64,000 nucleotides of DNA from Vitrella brassicaformis CCMP3155 (GCA_001179505.1 CDMY01000345.1:1-64000); one strand, 5' to 3'. Positions 11,663 through 24,912 are shown, numbered from the stretch's first letter. Notes: generated by a model from the sequence alone, not told the origin. Translations and numbers: made by a program.

Positions 11663-12585
11663 TCATTGTATACAGCAGCCACACCCTGGTTGAGTTGATT
11701 GAAGCATGGACATCACAACACACACACAAGGGGACAAGGGGACAGAGAGGAGAGCAAGAGATAATTTCATGCATGCAGACAGGCATTCGTGGGGGGATAT
11801 AACGGCTTCTCTCTGGCTCATTCGCTCATTCGCGCTCTCTCTCTCTCTCTCTTGCTCACTTGGCTGGAAATACATCTCTTGGTTGTATTCCTGAGCGACC
11901 AAACACACAACCACAGACAGACAGACAGACAGACAGACACACACAAACAGACGCATGCAGTCATCCGTCCGTCCGTCCGTCAGTGTCCGTCAGTCACTGT
12001 CAGCTGACTGACCTTGAACGACTCCACTTCATGGATCTCGGCCACCTTGCAGTCCTGCTTGACCTCGTCCACAAAGGCGATTGAGTGCTTCTTGCTCCCC
12101 CGCGAGATCGGCTGCCCCCTGGCGTCACGCCGCATCTTCTCGCTGTAGGTCGGGCTGATGGCCTCCATCGACGGCATCACACTCACCGACGTCACCAGAC
12201 CGTGGTGGCCGTTCTCCTTCCACAGCTGCGGGTGGTGGCCGTTGCTCGGGTGGTGGTGCGCGTGTGTGAGGTCTGTCCACTCCTGCGGGCTGTCGGCGGT
12301 GTCGCCACTGACGGGGGCGGGGGGAGGCTGGGGCTGTGGGGAGGGGTTATTGTTGTCGTCAGTGGTGCGGAGCGGCCGAATGACGCCCAACTTGGAGGGC
12401 GATGTGGCCTCTTCTGGGCTGGGAGGCGCCACGGGGTGGTCTTCTGTCGTGTGGCTGCTGCTGCTCTGGCTGCTGCTTGGATGTTGGGGAGGGTGGTGGG
12501 GATTGTGGCCATTGCTCGCGTGTGAGTGTTGAGCGTCGGTCCCATTGCTGGTGCTGATGCTGCTGCTCCCGTTGGTCTCGGCCAT
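11663..12585 (-). CDS. Disordered protein with RVxF-like motif and C-terminal CaaX box (putative membrane-anchored PP1 interactor)
   Basis: Three exons: MAETNG..KKHSIAFVDEVK..HEVESFK / EYNQEMYFQP / RCGCCIQ*. GT-AG junctions are in phase (second donor at 11859). Confidence 0.75.
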
Positions 12586-12917
12586 CGCTGGCTGAGCGTC
12601 GGTCGTCGATAGTAGGCTGGCTCAGCTCAAGGCTCAGCTGGGGGTCAATCGATTCACAGCCGCCACGAGACTCTCCCAGTGTCCATCAAAGGGAAGTCTG
12701 GTCGATAAATGACTGTCGCTGACTGACTCGCCATGAGGCCTTCTTTCTTGGCAGCAATGAGAATAGCTCGCACATGCCGTCGCGAGCTATAGCGCGCAAA
12801 GGAGAGATGGACAACAACTTCTCTCTCTCACCCAGAGCGCCCTCCTGTGTGATGCCGAGGGCCTAGCCACCGCAGATCTGTCACCGTCCCAACAGATCTC
12901 TTCTCACCAAACCCAGA

Positions 12918-13957
12918 ATGAGGAACACGCGGCCCCTCCTGCTGCCGCCAGTGCTGCTGGTGTGGTGCTTGCTGGCGGGAGTGGCGCATGGCGGCTGGTT
13001 CGGGTACCACGAGTCGCCCGACACGCCCAACATCAGGTACCTGGCGCAGTTCACGCCGCTGGAGTTCATGAGGGACATGAAGGCCCCGCCCAACGGCACG
13101 AGCAACAATGCCACTCTGCCCTTGGTGACGGCCGCTGCTGGGCGGCTGTCGACGGCCACTGTCGAGACAATGCCCTCGCTGAGTCAGGAGGGCATCGCTG
13201 CGCAGGTCAGATGAGGCTCACCGGACCACGCCACACCACACCACATCTGTGTGTGCATCTGTCCCAAGTGACTCTCTCTCTCTCTCTCTGTGTGTGTGTC
13301 TGTGTGTGTGTGTGTGCAGGTGGTGACGCTCGAGGCGTGCTCCGAGTATGCCCCGCACTACCATCCCCGAGCGGCCGAGCTGCTCAACGTCATGGATGAC
13401 CCGGAGGGCAAGGGCCTGATGGTGGGCTTCATCGACGAGAATGGCGGCAAGAAGGTCGTCAACGTGCTGAGGCAGGGGCAGGTGGCTCTCACCCCTGAAG
13501 CCCTCGTCCACTGGCAGGCCAACTTAGGCTGCGGCACTGTCGAGTACCTGGTCTTTTTGAACAACGAGGGTGCCTCACGCACAGATACACACATAGGGAG
13601 AGAGAGAGGGGGGGGGGGGAGAGAGAGAGAATGGCAGAGGGACCCCTCTCCTCTATGTATTATGGCTGATAACTGTCCGTGTGTGTGTGTGTGTGCAGAT
13701 CCCGGCGAAGTGGCTTTGGCCCCGGCGCTTCTGTCGATCCCCACCGCGCACATTGAGACGGCCATCCACAGCGACCTCGACATCATCGAGACCCTCCGCC
13801 GGGCGCAGCACAACCAGACTCATGGGCTCGTCCAAGGCCTCGCCGACTGCCGCAAGAAATGCCAGATGGCCACACCTCGCCCGCCCTCTGGTAAGTAGCT
13901 TCACCGACACAAACACCAAACACACACACACGGAAAGGTAATCGTCATCCGCTCAAC

Positions 13958-13991
<34 letters not shown>

Positions 13992-15637
13992 ACGCCTTGC
14001 AAGTGCTGGGGTACTGCCCAGAGGGCGACCCTGGTATCGACGGGCTCAGAATGTGGCAGAGCGAGGTCAACAAGCAGGGCGGCGTGCAGGCGTCCGACGG
14101 CAGCCAGCACCGCATCGACCTCACTGTCACGGATAGCCCTCCGAGCAATCCCTCCGAGTACATCGCCGTGATCTCCTGCAAGGGGAGCGAGGAGGAGATT
14201 GGCCAGGCCATGGGTGGGCAGAAGGTGGTCAACATCGACTGTGGCGAGGGGCGGGAGAGGAGAGGCCGGAGTAGGTACTCCTACTCGGTGGTGCCGCCGC
14301 CCTCGGAGCGGCTTATCCAGTTCATGGACAAGGCTGCAAGCGCGCGCCTCGGCAAGAGCGTCATAATGGTGAGATGACCTCCCCTCCCCTCCCCCACACA
14401 CACGCCCCATCGAGACACTCACTCTCGCTCCCCCCCTCTGTGTGTGTGTGTCTGTCAGGTGATAGAGAAAGACGGAGATGCAGCCGCACAGGAGGCCGCC
14501 TCGGCCTGCTCGGACACCGAGTCCCTGGCCCGCTTCGGCGCGTCCATCCAGAAGCTCACCATAACCAGCGCCGAAGCCTCCCCTCCGTCTGAGAAGCTCA
14601 TGTCCTTCCTGCAGGACAACCGCGGCGACATCCTGGTGCTCTGCACGGGGGCGTCGGCCGCCGAGGAGATCGTCGACAGGGTGATTGCCACACCCTTCAA
14701 CTACCAGGCTGTGGTGCTGACGGCGAGCGATGTGGATGCCGAGCGGATGGCCGAGCGGTTTGGCAATGAGGCCGATGAGCTGTTTGCCCTGGCCTTCTGG
14801 CACCCTGCTCTGAGATACAAGACGACCCTGTTTGCAGACCCCCAGTCCTTCGCCGACCTGCACGCATCCCTCCCGACAAAGTCGTCTCAGAGGCCCACGC
14901 ACAAGACGGCGGCCTGTGCGGCAGCGGGTGTGGCCCTGCAGCAGTCTTTGTCTGCGCTGCGGTCCCCCTCTCTGCTGAGGGAGGGCGGGGAGGTGCTGGC
15001 CAATGAGCTGACGACCGAGGTCGGGGATGTCCGTGTGGAGACGGTCTTCGGCCCAGTTAACTTCCAAAAAAGGTGAGCAGACAGACAGACAGACAGACAA
15101 CGGTGTGAGCATGAGTGACTGAGTGTGTGTATGTGTGTATGTTGGTGTGTCTCAGTCACAGCGAGCTGGAGCTCCCCGTGCTGCAGCTCTCGCAAGGCTC
15201 TCTTGACCCCGTCCTCCCCGCCAAGTACGCCGTTGGACAGCATGTCCTGCCCGCCACAACCTGGGCCACCCGAGGCGGCTGCCCCCCCGGCACCAAGCAA
15301 CAAGACGGCACCTGCACAGTCTGCCCACGCGACACATACTCGTCGTCTCGCGACTCCCGCGAGTGCACGCCCTGTGGGGAGGGCACCACGAGCGAAGAGG
15401 GCAGTGCTGCGTGCGTCGATGTGGCTGGCGGGGCGATGATGGGGGCGGTCATCGGGGGGGTAGTGGGTGGGGTGGCGGTGCTGGTGGGGCTGTGCCTGGG
15501 GGGGTGGTTCGTGTGGCGGAGGAACAAGAAGGGGCCTAAAGGTCCGTTTGAGAATTTACGTGAGTGTAGTCAGCTCAGCCACACAGACCCAACAGGCCCA
15601 ACACAATAATGGGCCCACAACAACACGGTCCCACACA

Positions 15638-15671
<34 letters not shown>

Positions 15672-16681
15672 CTCATAGCAGGCACAGCAAAGTCGCATCA
15701 ACAGACGGCTCAGCAGGAGATTATCGACCCCGAGAAGTACGCCAACGGCGTCTCGTCGACAGCCATGACCGCCACGCCCATCAACATCAACATACCCAGC
15801 CAAACCAGCATGGGGTGAGGTGACCACACACACACAGAGAGACACCGACACACACAGGGCACAAACCGTTTCTCTGTGTGTGTCTGTGTTGTGTGGCAGT
15901 TCTGGTGGGACGCCGAGAGGTGTGGCCAACATTCAGATCCCCAGCGACCTGTCGGGCCTTAGTGGCGGTGAGAGCACGAGTAGATCAGACAGACAGACAA
16001 CGGCGTGAGCATGAGTGTGTGTGTGTGTGTAGGTGCCGGTGGAGGCAGCAACGTGCCCCCGCTGATGCCGCACCCCCGCAGCAGAGAGAACAGAGAGGCG
16101 GCTGGCGGGGGCAACCAGCGTCTCAACATCAACTCTCTCGGATCAGGTAAAGAAGGGCCAAACCCAACACACCAAACACACTCTGACGACCATCCGACCT
16201 CTCTCTCTCTCTCTCCCTCTGTGTGTATGTGTGTGTGTGCAGCTGGTGGCTACGCCAACACCAACAGCGAGGCAAGAAGCGACGGCTCGCGGGGCTCCAT
16301 GAGCATCAACACGGAGTCGCTGCAGAGGTACGTCCCTCTGCAGTGGCTCCAGACGTACGTCTGTGTGTGTGCTTAAGCTGGCTCTGTGTGTGTGTCATCT
16401 GTGTGTCGTGTGTGTGTGTTTGGCAGGGACTACAACTTCACCTGGATCAAGCCCGAGGACATTGATTGCCAGTTTGACGAAGACGAGCTCATCGGCCAGG
16501 GCGGCACGTGAGCAGAAGCACCCACACACACACACACACACACTCCAGCAACCGACGAACGACACACCGGATGACACCTGCTTGCCCTCTCTCTCTCTGT
16601 GTGTGTGTGTGTGTTAGGTGTCCCGTGTACCTCGGCTCGTGGCATGGCAACAAGGTGACCACACACACACACACACGCACA

Positions 16682-16713
<32 letters not shown>

Positions 16714-16964
16714 GGGAGAGAAAGACGTCTGTGTGTGTGTGTGTGTGTGCCACACCCACTCAGGTGGCCATCAAGCGGTTCCCTTCAAAGGTGGTGGAGA
16801 GCGGCGATATGATGAAGACGTTCGTCACCGAGGTGGCCGCCTTTGAGACCTTCAGACACCCCAACATCGTCAACTACTTCGGATGCCATCCTAAACGACC
16901 TTATCTGTGGGCCACACACACACACAAACACACACTCTCTCTCTCGTCTGTGTGTCTCTCTGAA

Positions 16965-16998
<34 letters not shown>

Positions 16999-18273
16999 TC
17001 AGGATTATAATGTCTTATGCCAACGGCGGCAGTCTCTATGAGCTGCTCCGCGACTCGCGGCAGAAACTGTCATGGCGCGAGCGAATCAGACTGCTGCTCG
17101 GCATCTCGGCTGGCATGACCGTACTGAGGGCACACACATACACACACAGAGAGAGAGGGGCAGGGGCAGATTCACAAACAAGACGCCCCTCTGTCTGTCT
17201 GTCTGTCTGTGTGCCTTTTGTCTGTCAGTATCTCCACGGCGACTCGGCCACCAAGCGCCCCGTGTGCCATGGCGACATGAAGAGCGGCAATGTGCTGCTG
17301 CACTGGGAGGGCATGGAGCGCATCGCCAAGCTGACCGACTTCGGCTTCAGCACCATCAAGATCGCCTCCTCCACCGCACAGAGCGTCAAGGGCTGCACTC
17401 TCAGATGGGCCGCGCCGGTCAGACAGACGAAGAGAGACACACACAGAGACAGAGAGGGAGAGGGGCAAGAGGCACACACCACCAAAGGCAGCCACACGAA
17501 GATCTGTTCTGTGTGTGTGTTGTGTGTCTCAGGAGATAGTTGACATGTCGACGGGCCGGACGACGGAGACGCTCAAGCAGGCCGACGTCTTCTCCTTCGC
17601 CGTCGTCATGTACGAGGTGCTCACCCGACGGCTGCCCTACGCCGACCTCGACGACCTCGCTGTCATCTTCTTTATCCAGCAAGGAGGTATTTGTTTCATC
17701 TTTTCACACACACACACACACACAGACAGAGAGGGAGGGAGAGAAAGATGGGCACACACAGGGAGAGGAAATGGCGCACACAGACAGACAGACAGACACA
17801 CGGACGGCCAATCAGACAGCCATAGAGACTGCAGCATCACACGCCTCCCTCTCCCTCTCCCTCTCCCTCTCTGTGTGTGTGTTTAGGCCGCCCCACGACG
17901 CCCTACTTCAAGGACCGTCACGGCAACAACCACCCCCGCCACCCCGACGCCTATTCCGTCCCATCCGAGTGCCCCCAAGAGGTCGTGCAGCTCATGGAGG
18001 AGTGCTGGCACGAGCAGGCCACCAAGCGGCCCAAGTTCCCGGAGATCACGCGACGGCTGGAGGTGCGGTGGGTGGGCTGTGTCAAGTTGTATCTGGTGGG
18101 TGGATGGATGTGTGTGTGTGTGTTTTTTTTTTTTTTGTGTGTGTGTGGTCCAGAGGATTTTTAAGGACATAGAGGCAGCAACTCCTGAGCGTCGCGTGAC
18201 CTTGTCTGAGGCCGAAGCGGTCAGAGAGAGAGAGAGAGGAGCGTCTGTCTCTTTCTGTGGTTCAATGCGTCCC

Positions 18274-18304
<31 letters not shown>

Positions 18305-18755
18305 TGCAGGGTGGGTTGATCAACACAAGCGCCCACGGCCATCAGCCCAACAGCACCGCCAGCAACGACTCCAAGAACGACGTCTCTTCCGAAATCCAAA
18401 AACGACTCGTAAGTGACCCTTGAGCAAACCACCACCCACCCCTGTGTGTGTGTGTGTGTGTGTTGGTCAGGCGCAGCAGGCAATGGGCGACAGCGTGGTG
18501 TCCGGCGTGTCGGACGATTCGATGGGCCGCGACAGCTACCTGGGTCCTGGAGGGCTGCCGCCACCCGGCTCGTCGGCCGTGAGCAGCAACTCGCAGGGCA
18601 GAGAGCGGAAGGGCAGCATTGGGAAGGGACGCTTTGAGGTAATCAATGCGGCTGTCTGCCCTCATGGATGGATGGATGGAGTGGCACACGCGGAGAGGGA
18701 CGTGTGTGTGTGTGTTTGTCTGCAGACGGTGCACGAGCACGACGAGGAGGAATGA
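12918..18755 (+). CDS. Receptor-like TKL protein kinase: signal peptide, type-1 periplasmic-binding (Venus flytrap)-like ectodomain, Cys-rich GCC/ephrin-receptor-like repeat, TM helix, kinase
   Basis: Signal LLLPPVLLVWCLLAGVAHG. LivK-like NKQGGVQ..HRIDLTVTD, FWHPALRY, VETVFGPVNF. Cys repeat CPPG..CTVCPRDTYS..CTPCGEG. TM AVIGGVVGGVAVLVGLCLGGWFVW-RRNKK. Kinase motifs IGQGGT, VAIK, HPNIV, HGDMKSGN, DFG, RWAAPE, DVFSF, CW..RP.F. Confidence 0.9.
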
Positions 18756-20652
18756 TTGGTTGGTGGAGTGAGTGCAGCGGCCCCGCACACATCGCAATGC
18801 TTGCACGGCGCGAGTCAGCGGCGCTGTGCACCACACAGACAGACAGACAGACTGTATATCGTGTGTGTGGTGTTGTGTATGTGCCCCTACCCCCCCCCCC
18901 GGTCCTCCGTCCGAGAAGAAGAAAACCTTTTTGGTTCTCTCTCTCTCTGTCTCTCTGTGTGTGCGTGTGTGTCGCCCGACAGATATTTATACGTTCTGCC
19001 TACTGGCTGGCTCGGCTGCTGCTCGCTACTCGCCGTCTCTCTGTGTGTGTGTGTGTGAAGTGAAGTCAATGTGCCTTACTGCCTGCCTGCCTGCCATTGC
19101 CTTACCTCTCATCGTTTTTATCCATCCATCGATCCATCGCATCTCTCTCTGTCTCTCTGTCTCTCTGTCTGTCGGGCTGTCGGGCTATCTGGGTGTGTGT
19201 GTGTGTGAATCGTCCGTCCAATCGCTGAGTGCGCGAGAGAAATGCGTGTTGAGAGAGAGGGAGAGGGAGGGAGGGAGTGAGTGAGGGAGAAGGCGGCACA
19301 CAGCCCCGCCACCCGCCTCATCCGTCTGTGTGTCTGTCTGTCGGACAATACTCGACTTTAGTGAGTGAACGTGCAGCGTGTTGCCGTTGTTGTGAGACCC
19401 TACTCCCCTCCCCTCCCCTACCCTGTCGTCGATCGGTCCTGCCTTCGTCGCCACCCTCCATAGCATTCACGCCGCAGAGCAGCCCCTCTTGCGGCGTGAC
19501 TGCTCCGGGGGGCGGTGTGCCGATGAAGGCCGGACCGGACGCCAGAGAGAGAGGGAGAGGGTGTCCACGAGTGGCGCCCATTGTGCTTTATTTAATGGTG
19601 GTGGTCTGCATGGCCGCCATTCAAGGAGAGAGGGAGGGCAGGGCAGAGAGAAGTCGATCGTGCTTCTGACGCCCCGCCCGTCCGTCTCCATCTGTGTCAG
19701 TCCCCTCTGTGGCAGAAGAGAGTGACTATATTATTATGAGGGGGCGGCGTCGACGAGTGAGTGAGTGGTTCGGGCGAGAGAGGGGTGTGTGTGTCGTTGG
19801 TGCTCTGCTTTTCTTGCCATGGCATCCGAGTGGGACGGCTCGTGGCTTCCTGCCTGCCTGCCTGCACTGTGCAGGCACCTGTGTGTCTCCTGTCTCTGTA
19901 TCGCAGCGCCCCGTCCACCCCACCGACCATCCATATCTCTGTGTGTGTGTGAGAGTGTACACTGACTGGCACGGCTGCATTCAGGTTTTGTACGTTGAAT
20001 GCCTGCAAAGGATGATCGTGGACCCGAGCCCGCCCGGCCTGGCCTGGCTGGGTGTCCACATGGCGGGGGTAGTTGTGGGAGGGGGCTCTCAGACAGACAG
20101 CTTTTTTCTCAGACAGCCGTTCTGCGCATGCATTATAGAGGTGGGTCGGGTGAGTGAGTGGCGCGGGGGTGGTGTGTGTGTGTGTGTGATGATGATCTAT
20201 GGGACAACAGGCATCGCAGCTAAGGAGAGAGATGCAGCAATCAAATCAACCGAATTTGGTCACAACGAAGGAGAAAGCCTAGCAGGCGCATGTGTATGTT
20301 GAGCGTTATTCTGGCAACAAAAACTCAAATATCGCGTAGAAGGGTTTCTGATGAGGCTGTAGTTGGATTTCTTGTGCTCTGCTCAGACCATCCGAAGGGG
20401 ATGGTCTAGATCAACACAGGTTGACTCAAGCGTGGGGACTCGAGAGCGATTGAATGAATGAATGAACGTCTGTCGTGAAAGTCCTCAGACAGTGCCGGTC
20501 ATGCAGCGAGCTCAACCAATGGGCGCTGTGAGCGTTGACAAGGCAGGGAACTGCCGCTGCCAAACTCGCAGACGACCGGCAAAAGCAAATACCACGTCTG
20601 AGGACATCGCATGCACAGCCAAACAGCCACACAGACAGTGTGGTGTGCGTGG

Positions 20653-20952
20653 NNNNNNNNNNNNNNNNNNNNNNNNNNNNNNNNNNNNNNNNNNNNNNNN
20701 NNNNNNNNNNNNNNNNNNNNNNNNNNNNNNNNNNNNNNNNNNNNNNNNNNNNNNNNNNNNNNNNNNNNNNNNNNNNNNNNNNNNNNNNNNNNNNNNNNNN
20801 NNNNNNNNNNNNNNNNNNNNNNNNNNNNNNNNNNNNNNNNNNNNNNNNNNNNNNNNNNNNNNNNNNNNNNNNNNNNNNNNNNNNNNNNNNNNNNNNNNNN
20901 NNNNNNNNNNNNNNNNNNNNNNNNNNNNNNNNNNNNNNNNNNNNNNNNNNNN
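20653..20952. other. Assembly gap (300 N)
   Basis: Run of n. Confidence 1.
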
Positions 20953-21531
20953 CCATCCAGTCAGTGTGTGCGCTTGCCAACCAGATAGTAGTGTACAGCG
21001 CACCCAAACGGAACAGCGAGGCAACAGAAAAGTGCGAAAAACAACCTGCCATGCCATACCACACCACAACAGCACATCGACGACGCACAGACCCACACAC
21101 GAACACACACATATGCGTCCCTTTCCGTGCCCTCGTTCCCTTTTCCGTGTCCGCACGCATGCATACCAGGAAGGCAGATGGGCGATTCAGGTGTGTGAGA
21201 GACGATAGCCAGGCCCTTGGCAGTGTTGTACAGCAGCACTGGGCCGAAAAAGCAAACTGAGAAGGCAAGGCGCGATCCACGAGACGCAAGATCACAAGCA
21301 CGCAGCCAAAACGTCAGGCCCGGTTGTATTTGGCTTTGAAACCCCAAAGACAGAAATAGCACACGCTTCCGTTGCCAACGCCACGGGCGGGTTGCGGGGC
21401 GCTTCGCCTGGTTGTTTGGTTTTTTTCTTTCTCGGCGGGCGCTTCGGCTTCCTTCCTGCTGGCTGTCTGTCTGTCTGGCCTGGTTCCTGTTGGTCTCTCT
21501 GTCGTGTGTGTGTGTGTGTGGGTCCGTAGTC

Positions 21532-23084
21532 ATGATGTCGTGTGTGCGCGGCCTGTGTGTGCTGCTGGCGGCGTGTGCGGCCCTGCTGGCGTGGTTTGGC
21601 GAGGCCGCCCCGGCCCTCAAAGGCGGCACGGACTCCGAGGGGAAGGACAAGCTGAAGCCGTTGGCAATCCCAGACGCTTGCGTGAGCGCCGGGGTGACAT
21701 GTCCCACGGACACGGAAGTAGAGTCTGGCCCCTTCAACAGCCAGCAGACGGTGCGGCGGGGCAATTGCCGTGTGTTCGACGACGCCAGGCTCAATGGCGG
21801 CCTGCGAGTGTTGGGTACGGACTCGATAGCTATCATCCTGAACAGCGTGGTCAGCAACAGCATCGAGGCCGACAACGGCGCTGGCAGGATCTGTATCGTG
21901 GACACCTCAGGTGGGAGGGAGGGAGGGAGGGAGGTTTGGCTGCCTGGGTGCGACATCCGTGTGTGTGTGTGTGTGTTATTTGTGTGTTCCAGTTTCTGGG
22001 AGCGTGCTTTTCAAAGAGGGCGGCGAACTCGTTGTGTCAGGCGGCATCCTCGGAAGTGAGCTGTCTGGCTGGGGCTGGCTGGTCTTCTGTGGGTGGGGTC
22101 ACTGTCGTGCATCGCTTCCCTCTGTCCATCAGCCATCAGCATAGAGGGCGGTGACGGCTCGGTGACCATCGGCGACGGCAGCATCATCAAGGACGTCGAG
22201 CTCAAGGGCCCTGCTGAGATCCCGTTGTTGATCAGCGACACCACCGGGCCTGTGGACGGTGGCACAACAACGGGGTTCACTCTCAAGATAGAGCTCATTG
22301 CCGGTGAGAAGACCATCACCTCCAGCACTGTAGACGGTGTTGAAATCAAGGAGGGTCTGGAGACCTCAGCATTACGAAGCCGAGAGGGTCCGAAGGCTTC
22401 GATTTCTTGGTTGACAATCTCGACGGTAAGGCGTCAGTCGACGGCTGTGCACCGACTTGACTCGACTTGATTCGATTCGATTTGTGTGTGCAGGAAGTGT
22501 CACAGTGGAAGGAACTGACACCAGTGCTGCTCCCCTGAGCGACATCAACATCTCGGGAGACGACATCAAAGGCGTCACACTGACTAAGGTCGGTGTGGAC
22601 AGCGACGTCTCCATCAGCGGCGTGTCGGCATCCGTCACGATCACGGCCTTGGGGGGCGAGGGCGACATCAAGCTCGAGGAGATCAGCGGACCTATCACCC
22701 ATCACGGATGTGCAGGGAGGCGGCGAGACGTTCGAGATCACCAAGAGCGATGGGTCGACGATCGAAATCCGCCAAGTCACGGATGTCAGCCTCGCCATCA
22801 GCGAGAGCGGACCCGTGACTGTGCAGGACAGCACCCTCATCGCTGGTGGGTGGGTGGCTGGCGGACATGACATGCATCCCCTGTGCGTGTATTTATGTGT
22901 GTCTGGTGCAGGGGACTTCAGCAAGCAGGGTGCGGGCGTCATTCTCGAGAGTGTCAACTTCATTGAGGAGCTCAAGTGTGATTCCGAAAGCGATGTGACG
23001 TGCACCGACGTCACATTTACGCCGCCGCCGGGGGAGACGGCCACATCGGACTGCGCCGTTGGTGGCCCCGCCTGCGCCGCGTAG
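21532..23084 (+). CDS. Secreted beta-solenoid/adhesin-like protein with an apparent 1-bp frameshift at ~22700
   Basis: Signal [27 protein letters not shown]; V/I/T/S/D/G-rich alternating repeats (SVTIGDGSIIKDVELKG, DINISGDDIKGVTLTK). Frame changes at atc-acc-C-atc-acg. Confidence 0.7.
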
Positions 23085-24912
23085 ACACACCAAGACACAA
23101 GCAGAGAGAGAGAAGGTGTGGTGCACCGGCGAATGGCGAATTACAAAAAGGCCCCCACACTGCTGCATGTGTGTTGTCATCTTTCATCAGATTGACCGAT
23201 GCGGTCGCATGGGGGATGGTGTGTCTTTCTTTCCGCTGCCCTGTTCACGGCAAGGCAGCGTTCGTTCGTTTGTCTGTTTGCTTGCTTGTGCGGTCGGTCG
23301 TTCACTCGACCGGCCGACTCGCACAAAGGATTCTCTCGCCCTTTTCCTTACTGAATGCGTGGCTTTTGGATGACCGTATCCTTTTGTTTCGTTGCGGCCC
23401 GTCTGTCTGTCTGTCTGTCTGTGTCTGGCCTGTGGTGCGTGTCGATTGGGTGTGACGTGTTCATTTGGGTGCCGTGTGTTGGTCGGTCGATCTGCATGGA
23501 TGTGGCCCGGCACTGTGCGCATCTGTGTGGCCGTGAGAGTGATAATATGAGCTATACTCTTTGCCCGTCTCCCTGCCCCCTAGTCTAGTCTAGTCTAGTC
23601 CCCCTCCCTCCCCTCTCTCTAGTGCTAGTCTGATCGTCCACTCGATCTGCGAGTCATGTGCGTGCCTGTCTGTGGTCCTAGTCCCTGGCTGCATATATAC
23701 CCATTTGTATCGTTTTCTAAGCTGCCGCTCTGGGCAGTGAAGTGTGTGGGGGTGCCGACCTCCCTGTCTGCCTGTCTGCCGGCCCGCAGCCCGCAAGGCG
23801 TGTGTGAGGGAGTGGCCAATTCCTCACACACGCCTGCTGGCTGCAGCCAGGCCGGCGGGCAGGGAGGCAGGCGGGCGGCCAGACCCCCCGAGTGTCTTCA
23901 TGGGCGTGAAGTTTTTCTAAGGGCGACAAATCACCGTAGGTGTTTTTAATATAGGCCGATTCTCCTAGTGGCCGGGCTGTCTGTCTGTCTGGTGTGTAGT
24001 GCCTTCTCTCGCCGTGCTGAATGGCTGTCTGGCTGTCTGGCTGGCTGGCTGGCTGGCTGAGGGGAATGGATGGATGGATGTGTGCCGTTCGTTTCGTTGA
24101 TGAGTCATGTAGACAGCGATCGATCTTCACACATATATATACACACGCAACTAGTTCCATAGCTGACAAGGGAGAGGCGATCGATTGCGCAGTCTGTTTG
24201 CCGCTCCCTGAGGGGACAGACAGATATGGGAGAGAGAGAGAGCGAGAAAGAGAGAGAGGAAGCACTGACTGGGTTCGGTTTTGCCTTACCTGAGAGGGGG
24301 AGAGAGGGAGAGAGCAATGTCTCGTGTGCGTGCCATGCATGCATCGAGTCCGGTCGCAACGGTGGTTCTCACCCTAGTGGACTCGTAATCGTAATATCGA
24401 CGGCATCGCATGCAGCAGGCAGTTGGTAGGGTAGGCAGGACTTGTCCTTTTCGTTTGTCATTCTTTGCTTCATGCTTTTCGTTCAGCCTGTCTGTGTATG
24501 ACGCCAGCCAAGTCGCCCACACGTCAGATGACGACCGGTGGCGCTGATTTTATTCACACGTTTGCTGCTGCTGTAACGCTTCTCGGAGGAAGGGAGGGAG
24601 GGGGGAAGGGGGCCTTTTCGGCCGTTGATGTATGTGGATGTGGGTGGACAGGTTTGAGTGACCGGCTGTGCACCACAGACAGCCGATGGTTCTGGACAGA
24701 CAACCTAATGTGCGATAATGAGTGAATTCCTTTCGGCCAACATGGGGTCAAAGTTGTCGTATGTCGGATGGTCGTGTTTCTCCGCCACATCTTTCAGCCA
24801 TCCATCCATTTGTCTTTTTCTCTCTTTCGACCACCTTCTCCCCTTCTCACCACCACGCAATCAAGTGAAGGCACAGGGATGCGATGGCGTCCTTTTGTCT
24901 CTCGCTCAGCTC

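Noticed and set aside
20348-20407. CTGATGAG followed by a 9-bp hairpin (AGACCATCC/GGATGGTCT): possible hammerhead ribozyme or C/D snoRNA
   Set aside because: No stem II closing onto GAAA and no proper C/D box pair with terminal stem; an isolated hairpin is expected by chance.
18760-21330. Numerous short ORFs, including ORFs through N runs
   Set aside because: They are microsatellite translations (VCVC, SLSL, TDRQ, MDGW) or gap artefacts, with no coherent exon chain.
24620-24912. In-frame peptide after the paralog A stop (ELSERQKDAIASL), conserved in the 3100 copy: possible stop readthrough
   Set aside because: The conservation is explained by recent duplication, and no readthrough context or longer ORF supports it.
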